From IMG/VR virus record IMGVR_UViG_3300048599_000722, positions 1 to 26,360 of that record: 26,360 nt of DNA; one strand, written 5' to 3'. This document shows positions 6,815 to 16,113 of the stretch, piece after piece; positions within the stretch are counted from its first letter, which is position 1; each line of letters starts with the position of its first letter. The notes below the pieces were generated by a model that worked only from the letters and a program-made list of their open reading frames with translations, made no database searches and had not been told where the DNA came from. A program made the translations under genes and the position numbers. This stretch comes from a virus (Duplodnaviria; Caudoviricetes).

Positions 6815-7396
6815 TCAGGCCACCCGGAACATGCCGAATGAGCCATCCTTCTGCGGCCGCCATTCCCCTACGCCGATCGAGAAACCGGCGGTGTTGAACA
6901 GATTGACGATCTGCTCGGCGCTCAACACATTCGCATTGTATCGGACAACGAATTTTGCCGACCACTCCGGGAACTCACCGCGATAGCGGATATCCGCTGT
7001 CCCCATGCCGATACGCACCATATCCTCGCGCATTCTTGGCTCCCCTTCAATGGGAACCATGTCGCCAACGAGGTGGAACGCACCGCGGGCCTCGACTTTC
7101 GTCACTCCGTCAACGTGCGAGCAGGCGTCAACGGCAGAGGACTTGAAGGCCACAGCCGGGAAGCCGTACCCGCCGCTCGGCAGCGGATAAAGACTGTCGA
7201 GGTAGTCCTGGTGCGGGTCCTTCGCTTCCTTGGCCTGCTTCGCCTGCTTGGTCTGCTTCGCCAACATTTGCGCCTTGGCCTTCTTCGACCAAGCATGACA
7301 GATGAGCGGACTGTCACCCACTATGGTGATTTCAATCATCTGCAGATTGAGCTTCGGCAGCGTGATGACGGTTTCGACCTTGGGTGCCTTAGCCAT
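6815..7396 (-). CDS. Stand-alone Cas7/RAMP-like RNA-binding protein (193 aa)
   Basis: ATG at 7396 with GGAGG SD. RAMP-like hallmarks: first strand IEITIVGDSPLICH, YGFPAVAFKSS (cf. IPGSSxKG) and C-terminal Gly-rich loop GVGEWRPQKDGSFGMFRV. Confidence 0.75.
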   Translation of the reverse strand: MAKAPKVETVITLPKLNLQMIEITIVGDSPLICHAWSKKAKAQMLAKQTKQAKQAKEAKDPHQDYLDSLYPLPSGGYGFPAVAFKSSAVDACSHVDGVTKVEARGAFHLVGDMVPIEGEPRMREDMVRIGMGTADIRYRGEFPEWSAKFVVRYNANVLSAEQIVNLFNTAGFSIGVGEWRPQKDGSFGMFRVA

Positions 7397-7868
7397 TTTT
7401 GCCCTCCCGCTCGAGACGTTCCCTTTCCTTGCGCTCTTGCTCATGGAGCCGGTCAATCAACATCCGCGAAATGCGGAGCGTCATGGGCGGGTTCGCCCGC
7501 GGCTTCGGTTCACCAGGACGCCTGATATATTTGACGTTCTCGGTCCAGGTGTTCACGGGCGTGGCACCCTCACCCTGGTGCTCGTCATCGCCGTTGTCCT
7601 CGTCGTCTTCGGACTCGCCGCCCCAGATCTGCCTTTCCAGGTCATCCTCGAGTGCCTCGCAGCAATCGTCGTCATCAACCTCCATGTCGGGGTCGGGTTC
7701 GCCGTGGTCGAGGAACTGAATCAGAAATTCGATCAACTGCTCAATCAGGTGCCGTTCGGCCAGGTTGGCGTCGATGTCCACCCCGACGATCTGGTCGGGA
7801 AAGAACAGTTCATACAGCCGCTGCCTTGCGGCGGCGTCCATGCTAGTTTGTTCAGCAGCTTGTGCCAT
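7389..7868 (-). CDS. Acidic hypothetical protein (159 aa), first gene of the cassette
   Basis: ATG at 7868 with GGGGA SD. Central D/E-rich tract. Its stop overlaps the Cas7-like start (ATGGCTAA). Confidence 0.7.
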   Translation of the reverse strand: MAQAAEQTSMDAAARQRLYELFFPDQIVGVDIDANLAERHLIEQLIEFLIQFLDHGEPDPDMEVDDDDCCEALEDDLERQIWGGESEDDEDNGDDEHQGEGATPVNTWTENVKYIRRPGEPKPRANPPMTLRISRMLIDRLHEQERKERERLEREGKNG

Positions 7869-7895
7869 TGGGCAATCCCCATTGGTTCGAGTTAG

Positions 7896-7949
7896 GCCCT
7901 TCGAGGTGGATCCAGCACCTCGTTGGGCTGCCAATATTCTTGATTGGCA
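7896..7949. promoter_or_regulatory. Two inverted repeats in the 5' leader of the cassette
   Basis: CGAGGTG(7902-7908)/CACCTCG(7916-7922), extended by GCCC/GGGC. TGCCAAT(7929-7935)/ATTGGCA(7943-7949). Confidence 0.55.
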
Positions 7950-7968
7950 ACCTCACTTTACCTACAAT
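7940..7968 (+). promoter_or_regulatory. sigma70 promoter for the RHH repressor
   Basis: TTGATT(7940-7945)-N17-TACAAT(7963-7968). Confidence 0.65.
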
Positions 7969-7982
7969 GGCGTGAATGTCAA
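7955..7982 (-). promoter_or_regulatory. sigma70 promoter for the Cas7-like cassette
   Basis: Minus strand TTGACA(7982-7977)-N16-TAAAGT(7960-7955). Confidence 0.65.
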
Positions 7983-7998
7983 TCGTCATTGTAGGTAA
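7958..7998. promoter_or_regulatory. Operator-like 15-bp inverted repeat
   Basis: TTACCTACAATGGCG(7958-7972) / CGTCATTGTAGGTAA(7984-7998), 14/15 match with an 11-nt spacer, overlapping both promoters. Confidence 0.7.
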
Positions 7999-8005
7999 TT
8001 TACCA

Positions 8006-8161
8006 ATGATCAAACTTCCATCTCTAGGCGTTCGCGTCCTGCCGGAAACAAAAGCTGCGCTCGAAAAGGCCGCATCTGACGACATGCGAACAGTTTCAAG
8101 CCTAGTAGAGAAAGTCCTAGTCGAGTGGCTTCGCGCAAACGGCTACTTGAAAAAGAAATAA
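8006..8161 (+). CDS. Arc/CopG-like ribbon-helix-helix repressor
   Basis: Beta strand SLGVRV, helix PETKAALEKAA, then RTVSSLVEKVLVEWL. The start is either ATG 8006 or 7976. Confidence 0.85.
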   Translation: MIKLPSLGVRVLPETKAALEKAASDDMRTVSSLVEKVLVEWLRANGYLKKK

Positions 8162-10714
8162 TCACTGCAGCGTCTGCCGGTGCCACAGACCCTGGCCATA
8201 ATCCCGGCGCCGGCTTTCCGCCTGGCGGTCGAGAAACCCCGGCGACAGGCCTTCCCGGATCGAATTGAGAATCAACCAATCCAAGGTCGGCCGCACCAGG
8301 TGCAGGTTGGCATAGGGTGTATTCTGCAGAACAAGGTTCAACCCGTCCGCCGCCGTGGCATCGCCGTCACGGGCCTTCAGCATCAAATCGATGATATCGC
8401 TGCCCGTACCGATGGCAGGGCCAACCGCCGTTTCCAAGGGGCCGCTACCGAAGCGGTTGGCCTGGGCAAAGAGGAAATCGCCATAGATGCCCGCCGCGCC
8501 GCCCTGCGCCATGGCCGAACCGATGGTGGCCCAGTTCACCGACCCGTCCGGGTCCTGTAATTTCCGACGATCGTAACCCCTGGCGTAATCCTTGAGGGTC
8601 TGTGCCGCATAACCGGCAATGGTCAGCCCGGCAATGAGGTGGCCGATATGACCAATGGATTGCGCCGACATCAAACCGTTGCGCTGCCCGGTAATCGCAC
8701 GGCCCAACACGCGGTTGGTGAATGAGACCGGCCAGCCCTTGAACTGGAACAGATGGCGCAGAAGTTCGCCGTAAAACGTGCCGCCCTGGGTTCCCCGCAG
8801 GGTGAAGCGGCGTGACCGAGCATCGGTTTCAATCATGCCAAAATTGAGCTCGTCGGAAATGAAACGCCGCAGGGCCAATTCGGTGTCTAGTTTGGCGCGG
8901 GCGACCTTGCTCTTTGTGGGTTCCCCGTCGATGAGGGATGAGAATGCCTCGTCCGGCAATTCCCCGATCCGATCCGGCGTGATGTAGGTCTTGCCGTTCT
9001 CCGCCTTGAAAGCCGCCTGGCGGATGATGTCCCAGCGGGCCGCATCGATGCCGTGCTGTTCCAGGACGAATTTGAACTGATCGCCCAGCTTGCCCCAGCC
9101 CTTACCGCTGTGCAGGCCCATATTGGCGGCGATCATCCGGGCGCCGGCCGCGCGCATGCTGTCGGTCCACCAAGTGAGGCCGGACCATTTAAAGAAGTTG
9201 GCCATGCGGTCCGTCAGGAAGCCCGGTACGCCGTCATTGGCGAAGGTGGACGAATGGATGTGGTCAATGAGGCCGTCGAACCCTTCGCCCAAGGTATAGG
9301 CGATTTCCTTTTCGGCCATGTCGCCGCCGGTGCGGCCCACCGAATGCACCATGTCGATGGCCTGACGCCCGTAGGATTCAAAGAGCGGCTTGCCGTGATA
9401 TTTCATATTTGCAGCCTGGGTGACGAAATCGCCCGTGCTGCTGGCCAGGGCAAAGCCCAGCTTCGCCATGGATTGAAGCGCGCGGATACCCCCATTGACC
9501 CGGGCTGTCGTCAAGCCGTCCGGGTTGAAGCCGAGTGTGAGCCCCCTTGCCTCCGCCAGCGCCTGGCCGATCTGGGACCCCTCCGTGGTCAGGGATTTGA
9601 CCTGTTTGGCACGTTGTTTTTCATTGAGCTTTGGGTCATTGCGGACTTCTGTCTGCATCTTGTCGAGCAGGGAGTTCAGCATCAGTTCGGGGTTTGGCCC
9701 CAAGGTCTGCATTTGCGCCGCGATTGAGGCTGACCGGCGCTGGTGGTTCAGGATGCTGGTGACGACATTCCCCACGCCGAAGCGTTCGTTATAGGTGAGC
9801 CAGTCATCGGCGGATTTGAAGTGCAGGACGCGCTCTTTTCCCAGGCGCTTGGCGAGGTTCGCCGGCCCAGTAACCTTGCCCTGTCGCTTCGCGGTCAGGC
9901 TGTTGTCCTTTCCGGTAACGATGGTCTTGTAAACATCCTTGAGCGCCGCCTCGATCTTGGCTGGCGCCATGTCCGGGAAACTGCGCTGCAGATCCAGACG
10001 CGGCATGATTTCGCGGGCCCAGTCTTCCGGTGTGGTCGACAGCAGCTTGGCGGCGTCGTGGGCCTGGGGCGCCCAACCGTCCAGTTTCCCTATATTCGCA
10101 CCTAATCGGTTGAGGTCGGTACGAGCAACTTCCGCATGGGTGGCGAAAATCTTCGCGACCTTGGCGGCGTCCGGATTGCCGCTGATACTGGGAGTCCCGT
10201 CCTCCTTGATCTGATACATTTCACGCAGGACGTCTTCGCCAAAATCCTTGTCCTTCAGGAGACGCAGGGTTTCCGGCGCTTCCTTCAAGACATTTGCCAT
10301 CATCTGGCCGATAAAGCGGGATTCGAAGGCCAGCTTCGTGGCATAGATCGATTTGCGGGCGGTCGCGGCCCCCTTTACCGTTCCTTCCAGAATGGCGAGA
10401 ACGGCTGCTTTCGGCGTCAGCCCAGCGGCGCGCAGGCCGGCGATCTGGTTTTCGGCTCGGTCACGGGCGATGATGGTCAGCGCCGTCTGCTTTCGGGCAA
10501 GTGCCGCGGCAAGCCGCGCTTTATCGCCTTCCTCACGCGCAATTTCGGCCATCCGTTGATCGATATTGTCGATCTTGCCTTCGGCCTCAAGGCGCATCCG
10601 GCGGCGCTGGATCTGCGTGGCGATCTCGATAATCTCATCTTCGCTCAACCCACCGCCCGCTGCCTGATTGATCTCAATTGCGCATGGGGGGAGGCCGCCA
10701 TCAGCGGAAACCAT
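8162..10714 (-). CDS. Large internal virion (ejection) protein
   Basis: 850 aa helical protein with hydrophobic C-terminal segments (LFQFKGWP, GHLIAGLTIAGY). Last gene of the internal virion cluster, the T7 gp16-like position. Confidence 0.7.
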   Translation of the reverse strand: MVSADGGLPPCAIEINQAAGGGLSEDEIIEIATQIQRRRMRLEAEGKIDNIDQRMAEIAREEGDKARLAAALARKQTALTIIARDRAENQIAGLRAAGLTPKAAVLAILEGTVKGAATARKSIYATKLAFESRFIGQMMANVLKEAPETLRLLKDKDFGEDVLREMYQIKEDGTPSISGNPDAAKVAKIFATHAEVARTDLNRLGANIGKLDGWAPQAHDAAKLLSTTPEDWAREIMPRLDLQRSFPDMAPAKIEAALKDVYKTIVTGKDNSLTAKRQGKVTGPANLAKRLGKERVLHFKSADDWLTYNERFGVGNVVTSILNHQRRSASIAAQMQTLGPNPELMLNSLLDKMQTEVRNDPKLNEKQRAKQVKSLTTEGSQIGQALAEARGLTLGFNPDGLTTARVNGGIRALQSMAKLGFALASSTGDFVTQAANMKYHGKPLFESYGRQAIDMVHSVGRTGGDMAEKEIAYTLGEGFDGLIDHIHSSTFANDGVPGFLTDRMANFFKWSGLTWWTDSMRAAGARMIAANMGLHSGKGWGKLGDQFKFVLEQHGIDAARWDIIRQAAFKAENGKTYITPDRIGELPDEAFSSLIDGEPTKSKVARAKLDTELALRRFISDELNFGMIETDARSRRFTLRGTQGGTFYGELLRHLFQFKGWPVSFTNRVLGRAITGQRNGLMSAQSIGHIGHLIAGLTIAGYAAQTLKDYARGYDRRKLQDPDGSVNWATIGSAMAQGGAAGIYGDFLFAQANRFGSGPLETAVGPAIGTGSDIIDLMLKARDGDATAADGLNLVLQNTPYANLHLVRPTLDWLILNSIREGLSPGFLDRQAESRRRDYGQGLWHRQTLQ

Positions 10715-12474
10715 TAACCCTTCCTCCCCAGGCAGAACGCCGCGGCCTCATAGGCCTTGGCATATCCATCTGCCTGTTTTGCCACCCGGTCGATTTCGCG
10801 CAAAGCTTCGATCTCGCTTTCATTCAACTGCTCGTTGTCGATGAGCTTTTGGAGGTCCGCAGCCTCGGGAAATTCACCGCTATCGATATTGATCTCTTGT
10901 TCCTCGGCAAGTTTTCGTGTGTCGTTCAATGGCTTACCGATGCGCTGCTCGGCTGCCTTGACCGCTGAGTCCACCGCGCCTACATTATTGGTCCTGTCGC
11001 TGGTGACGGTCGGAAAGTCCGCTGCCGCCGGGGGTGTTCTAGACGCCCCGCCGTATGAGAGAACCGTGGCCTCTCCACCAGCCGACAGCCTCTCCCCCAA
11101 TGCCTCACGCGCTTTTGACAATGTCCGGTCCGGGCTGCTGTGGATCGACACCACCTCGTAGCCATCGGCCTTCCGCGCCAATTCCATGACGGCGACTTGG
11201 TTGCGCGTTTCCTGCCTGCCCGTCCTGAACGGTTTGGTCAACAAGATGCGGTTGGCGTTCTGATGATCAGGGAGCATCTCGGATGGCCGCGCCATCAGAT
11301 CAGGAAGCCTCGCAAGGAGCTCGTCGGCAATGGTCGGATTCTGGCGGTAAAGCTTTTCGATGACCTGATTTGAAAGACGCACATTGTTCTTTGTGGCGCC
11401 CATCCCTTCATTCAATTTTCCCGCCAGATTGGCCAGCGGTTCCGGCAAACTGCCCAGATCGAACGTGAACCGCGTGGCCGATTGCGCGCCCTGCTGCGGC
11501 TTCACGATGTCGCGAACATAAGCCGGGATATTTTCGGCGGTCGCCGCATCGATCTTGCCAACGTCGAAAGCCGGGCCATCGGCGCGCGGGTTTAACAATC
11601 CCACCAGATCGTCGCTGGCCCTGGCCATCGTATCGTCACCTGCCAGCCGAACCATGTCGGTGAACTGACGGGCATTGATCGGCGGCATGGAAATGGGTCT
11701 TTCCATCGCCACGTCGTTGGCGGCCTGGTGCAGAGTGTCGACGGCGGACCGAACCGTTTCCGGACGATAACTCGGCAACTTCTCGCGCCAGCCGACAACA
11801 CCGCCCATTGTGGCGCCAAGGACCGCACTGACAGCGACGTCGGTCAGTTGGTCTGCGAACGATACATCGTCACCGAAACTGCGGCGGGACTGGCTAATGA
11901 TCGGCTGCACAGCACCGGTCACAATCGCGGCATCCAACCCCTGAATGGCGGAACGACGCAAAATGTTGGCAATACGGCCGGCGGTCGCCGCCTTGAAGGC
12001 GGGACCAAGCACTGGGATGTAATTGGTGGGGTCAGGGGCCGAGCCAATCAAGGAGCCAATGACAGCGGTCGCCACCTGCCCGGCACTCCATGGGCGGTTC
12101 TGGCGCTGCCAGGACAAAAAGCGGTCCTCGTCATGGATTTCCGCCTTGGCCTTGGCCCGCGCCTCAGTCATGCGATTATCGAACGGGATGGATTCCCGGT
12201 AGAACTCAGACGATTTCCACGCCTCTTCGCTCATCAACGGTTCGTCGGTCCGCACCATCTTTGGCGGGGCACGACCGATGCCTTGTTTCGGATCGACCAT
12301 GCGATCATCATCGGGAACGCGGATGTCCCTTAAAACGGTCCCCGGGATGCTCTGATTGAACGAATCCTCAATGACTGCGCCAGCATATTCGCCAGCCGGC
12401 GTTTCGCGGTTTTCGATAATCCCTGCCAGCTCGTTCGGCGTTACGGCGCTGCGCCGCGGGGCGCTGATAATCAT
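10714..12474 (-). CDS. Internal virion protein with an inserted BECR-like domain
   Basis: 586 aa. Hydrophobic DPTNYIP region typical of ejection proteins. Alpha/beta insert at about 11105-11475. Confidence 0.65.
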   Translation of the reverse strand: MIISAPRRSAVTPNELAGIIENRETPAGEYAGAVIEDSFNQSIPGTVLRDIRVPDDDRMVDPKQGIGRAPPKMVRTDEPLMSEEAWKSSEFYRESIPFDNRMTEARAKAKAEIHDEDRFLSWQRQNRPWSAGQVATAVIGSLIGSAPDPTNYIPVLGPAFKAATAGRIANILRRSAIQGLDAAIVTGAVQPIISQSRRSFGDDVSFADQLTDVAVSAVLGATMGGVVGWREKLPSYRPETVRSAVDTLHQAANDVAMERPISMPPINARQFTDMVRLAGDDTMARASDDLVGLLNPRADGPAFDVGKIDAATAENIPAYVRDIVKPQQGAQSATRFTFDLGSLPEPLANLAGKLNEGMGATKNNVRLSNQVIEKLYRQNPTIADELLARLPDLMARPSEMLPDHQNANRILLTKPFRTGRQETRNQVAVMELARKADGYEVVSIHSSPDRTLSKAREALGERLSAGGEATVLSYGGASRTPPAAADFPTVTSDRTNNVGAVDSAVKAAEQRIGKPLNDTRKLAEEQEINIDSGEFPEAADLQKLIDNEQLNESEIEALREIDRVAKQADGYAKAYEAAAFCLGRKG

Positions 12475-15179
12475 TGGCCGCCCGGCGTGGGTGCGTGCGT
12501 GATCGCGCTCACGGCATCGCCATAACCAGCCAAAGACGCATCCGCCAATCTGCCTCGCTTCACGGCATCGGCAATACTCACGCGCTGAATGACGCGGGTC
12601 GACCCTGGAATGCGCAGCACCAGATCGTTCGAGCCCTCATTGACCCACACCCCGTTTTCGGCAATGTCGCGCGCTGTGGCCTGTGAATAGGGATCGTCCG
12701 GGAAAGTGCCGGCCGCTTCACGCCGCAATGCCTCGAGCCCAGCCCCCAGAGCCGGCGCGTCGGTTTGGGCGGGGAAAAAGACCTGCGCAAAATCCGGGTC
12801 GGAGATCAGGGCGAATTGCGCGGTCAGGTCGTTATAGGCTGTCTTCACCGCCTCCGTTGGATCTGCCCCTGTCAAAACACGGGCCTTCGCCACCTGCTCA
12901 ACGGCCGCCGACAAATCGGTCAGTAAGCTTAGGTCCGCATCGCCGGTCAATTTGGCCTGCTCTATCACAACGGCGCCAAACTTCGATTGCAAAGCACTCG
13001 CCAAGGCCGCTTTACCTTGCGTCTTTAAATCCACACCCTTCACATCGGCCCGCATCTCGGACCACAATTTTTCGCCCAAGGCGCGGTTCTTGGCTTCGGC
13101 CGGCGTGTTCTTTCCATCGATCGCCAGATTGGCGACAAACTCGGCCCCCGACGGCAGAGTCGTCCCAGCGGCCCCGATATCAGCAATGATCTGGCGGGAA
13201 ATAGCGTCGTCCCCGACATCGACAGCATTGACGAATGCCGCGTATTGATCTTTGGGCGTCTGGGCTTTCTCAATGCTGTTGGCGACACCCCTGGCATATA
13301 CGTCTGGCAGGGCCGTGGGTTCTTGAATACCCATCTCCTTCTGACGTTCCTGCAGGGCAGCTATTGCCATGCGGGCTTCGATCCGCCCTTCCTGGGTCGC
13401 CATATCCGCCCCTTGCAACTGGCTATAGGCGTCCATCCCAACGGGGTCATTCTGCGCGACGTACCCGGCCGGGTCTTCGGCAATGGCCTTATGCTTCTCT
13501 GCAATTGCCGCGCGGAGCTCGGCGTAACGCGCATTGGCTGCGGCCGATCCGGGCCCGGCTTGGCCTGCGGCCGCTTCGGCGCCCTTCAGCATGGCGATGT
13601 CGTCCGGTATGGACTGGGTTGCTACCAGATGATGATCGCGGCCGGCCTGGGCCTGCGCGTTAAGCTCGCGCTCAAGTTTTACAGCCCGTTCGTCGCCATA
13701 GGCGGCATAAGCCTGTGCCACATAATTATTGTCGACGTCACCGGTCAGATAGGCATTGGCCATGGCGTCTTCTTGCCCCAGCGATACCGATACCTGCGCT
13801 GCTTGGCGTGCGGTCTTGGCCTGGTCCTGCATGGCCTTGGCGTATTTGGCGATCAGGTCACCGCGCACGGATGGGTCGAGCACATCCGCCAATGTTCCAT
13901 TGGGCTGTGAGAAATCCCACCCGCCTTCTGGTATTTCTCCCGCCAGAACCCGACCAATCGGCTCACCATTCCCGCCATTGAACTTGTTGGTCCACAGCGA
14001 GGTGAACTGACCGGCGGTCATGTTCTCGGTGCCGCCGTTCTGCAGGATGGCTCGACGGGCGTCGTTCACATTCCCATAGACCGCCGTCAGCGCGACGATG
14101 GCCGGCTGGTCGGCGTTTGACAGAAGTGCAGCGGCACCGCTCGCGCCTTGCTGGTGAGCAAGATAAAGCTCGGCCGGTGTCGGCTCCCGGTTGAGAGCGC
14201 CGCGCAGTGCGGTACGATTGTTGTCGAGCAAACGCGCGGCGGCTTCGGTCGATGCCTTTGGATCGGTTCTGTCCTTCAGGCCGTATTCGTCGGCAGTCTT
14301 GCTCGAAAACTGGAACAGCCCAACCACATCTGGGTTGGTCGGGTTGACCGCGTTCGGATCGCCCTTGGATTCCAGCTCCGCGATGCGGGCAAGAATGGCC
14401 TGATCGTTCTTCGGCGCCGCCTTGACGGCTTTCTCTATTTCTGGCGACGGAAGCGGCATTTGCGTAATGCCCGGCTTCGGCGGCGCCGCACCGGGAACCA
14501 GTTCGGCAAGGGCTTCTTCCGGTCGCTTCAGATCATAGTATTGCTGGGCATATGACTGGGCCGTCTTGCGCTTCAGCAGCTTCGATCCAGGAACGGTGAT
14601 GTAGCCAGCCTTCGCCGCCGCGTCGATGCGGCCATTGATGCCATTGATGATGGATGCCCGAGTCTTTTCGTCTCGCGCCTTGAGAGCGGAGGAAACGCCA
14701 TCGGTCACGGCCAAGTTCAGGTTATCGATGCCGTCTTTCGTCTCACGGTCAAAGGCCATCGACTTGATGCGCGCGGCACCTTGCGCCAAATCAAGCTGGG
14801 TTTCCTGCTCGAACCGGCGGCGAAGCTTGGCGTTGGGCAGCGCGGCTATGAGATCCCCGCGCACCCTGCCCATATTCTCGGAATACCGTTTCTCGTAAGT
14901 GCCCCAATCCGCGTCATTATCGAAAGCGTTATCCTGCTCGACCTTGGCCTGAAGGAATTTCCCCTTGGCGTCGTAATAGTCGTTTTCGTCCAGGGCATCC
15001 TGGGCGCGCTGCATCCCTCTCGCCTGGGCATCAAGACCGCCGGCGATGTTCTGCAATCCACGGCCAACCATCCCGGCTGACTCAATCGCCGCATCATCGG
15101 CAGCGGTTGAATTGACGCGGACAACCGGGCGACGGCCTTGGGGGATGCTGCGTTCAAGACGGGTCGGAAGGACCGGCAT
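12471..15179 (-). CDS. Internal virion protein with a lytic transglycosylase domain
   Basis: 902 aa. SLT-like motifs ARIAELES (catalytic Glu), GLFQF and ELYLAHQQG at about 14000-14420. Confidence 0.8.
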   Translation of the reverse strand: MPVLPTRLERSIPQGRRPVVRVNSTAADDAAIESAGMVGRGLQNIAGGLDAQARGMQRAQDALDENDYYDAKGKFLQAKVEQDNAFDNDADWGTYEKRYSENMGRVRGDLIAALPNAKLRRRFEQETQLDLAQGAARIKSMAFDRETKDGIDNLNLAVTDGVSSALKARDEKTRASIINGINGRIDAAAKAGYITVPGSKLLKRKTAQSYAQQYYDLKRPEEALAELVPGAAPPKPGITQMPLPSPEIEKAVKAAPKNDQAILARIAELESKGDPNAVNPTNPDVVGLFQFSSKTADEYGLKDRTDPKASTEAAARLLDNNRTALRGALNREPTPAELYLAHQQGASGAAALLSNADQPAIVALTAVYGNVNDARRAILQNGGTENMTAGQFTSLWTNKFNGGNGEPIGRVLAGEIPEGGWDFSQPNGTLADVLDPSVRGDLIAKYAKAMQDQAKTARQAAQVSVSLGQEDAMANAYLTGDVDNNYVAQAYAAYGDERAVKLERELNAQAQAGRDHHLVATQSIPDDIAMLKGAEAAAGQAGPGSAAANARYAELRAAIAEKHKAIAEDPAGYVAQNDPVGMDAYSQLQGADMATQEGRIEARMAIAALQERQKEMGIQEPTALPDVYARGVANSIEKAQTPKDQYAAFVNAVDVGDDAISRQIIADIGAAGTTLPSGAEFVANLAIDGKNTPAEAKNRALGEKLWSEMRADVKGVDLKTQGKAALASALQSKFGAVVIEQAKLTGDADLSLLTDLSAAVEQVAKARVLTGADPTEAVKTAYNDLTAQFALISDPDFAQVFFPAQTDAPALGAGLEALRREAAGTFPDDPYSQATARDIAENGVWVNEGSNDLVLRIPGSTRVIQRVSIADAVKRGRLADASLAGYGDAVSAITHAPTPGGQ

Positions 15180-15775
15180 CAGCGAACCCCCGGCGGCCGG
15201 AAGCCAGGTTCACGAAAGGCCGGGACATAGGGTGTGCTCAAGTCGGTATCCCCATACTTGTCATAGAATGTCGACATGCCCTCAAGGGCCGTCCCGATGG
15301 CGGTATTCCTGGCCGCCGACCGATAGGCACTGGCCCGGGTGCGATAGGCAGCGGCGGCGTTACGACCTTCGTATTCGGCGCCGGATGCCGCGGACTCAAG
15401 GCCGCGCGCCGCTTCTTCGCCGTTATACAAAGCCGTGGCCGCGTTGTACTCGCCATCCGCCGCCAGATCCCCCAGAATCTTGGTGACCGATGGATCAGAA
15501 GCCCCGCCGCCAGAAGCGGCGGCTACGGCAACGGCGCGCGATTCCGCCAACCTTGCCGCCCGGCGTTCCTCGATCGATTGACGTTGCGCCGTGGCGCGCT
15601 CCGATCCGGCCTGTTGGCGATATTGGGCAGCTTCTGACTTGCCGGCGCTCTTTGACTGTTTGGCTGCACGTTTGGCGGCACGGGACGCGGCATTACCTTC
15701 CGTGAGTGAGCCAATAGATGAAATGGCGGTCGACGCTCCCTTTAGGATGTCGGCGTTCTTGCCAAAGTCGTCCAT
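15179..15775 (-). CDS. Internal virion protein (T7 gp14-like)
   Basis: Ala-rich helical 198 aa protein with an AAASGG motif, in the expected position. Confidence 0.65.
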   Translation of the reverse strand: MDDFGKNADILKGASTAISSIGSLTEGNAASRAAKRAAKQSKSAGKSEAAQYRQQAGSERATAQRQSIEERRAARLAESRAVAVAAASGGGASDPSVTKILGDLAADGEYNAATALYNGEEAARGLESAASGAEYEGRNAAAAYRTRASAYRSAARNTAIGTALEGMSTFYDKYGDTDLSTPYVPAFREPGFRPPGVR

Positions 15776-16113
15776 TGATAAACCTCACCTACGCGGTCAA
15801 ATCCCAGATGTTCCAAAAGCTCTCGCGATCGATCGACGGCCGGATCCGCTACGGCAAAGACCGTCGCGCCCCGTCGCTCGATCATGTTTCTAACGATCCT
15901 TGCCGCCTTATAGATCGCAAAAGGGCATTGCCGTAATTCCGGCTTGATCCGGGCAAAGGCAATGATCCGACTGTCTTCGTAGTAAATTCCACCCAACCCC
16001 AAGGGTATCTGGTCGACTGTTACCACCACCGCCCGCATAGAGCGCTTCTGAGGGCCGTGATAAAGCGCCGCGACATCCAGGGCGTTGGCCTGACGAATTT
16101 CAATGTCAGCCAT
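15742..16113 (-). CDS. GNAT-fold-like virion assembly protein (T7 gp13-like position)
   Basis: Probable ATG at 16113 (MADIEIRQAN...) overlapping the tail tube B stop. GNAT-like C-terminus SRELLEHLGF. Confidence 0.6.
   Translation of the reverse strand: MADIEIRQANALDVAALYHGPQKRSMRAVVVTVDQIPLGLGGIYYEDSRIIAFARIKPELRQCPFAIYKAARIVRNMIERRGATVFAVADPAVDRSRELLEHLGFDRVGEVYQWTTLARTPTS

Noticed and set aside
6637-6965. ORFs spanning the pentamer array (6637-6846, 6666-6965, 6712-6897) and the N-terminal extension of 6113-6688
   Set aside because: The ARQG/RHG-type translations are by-products of a 5-nt GC-rich repeat that rarely forms stops. The flanking genes have good SD-linked starts and stops that leave the array intergenic.
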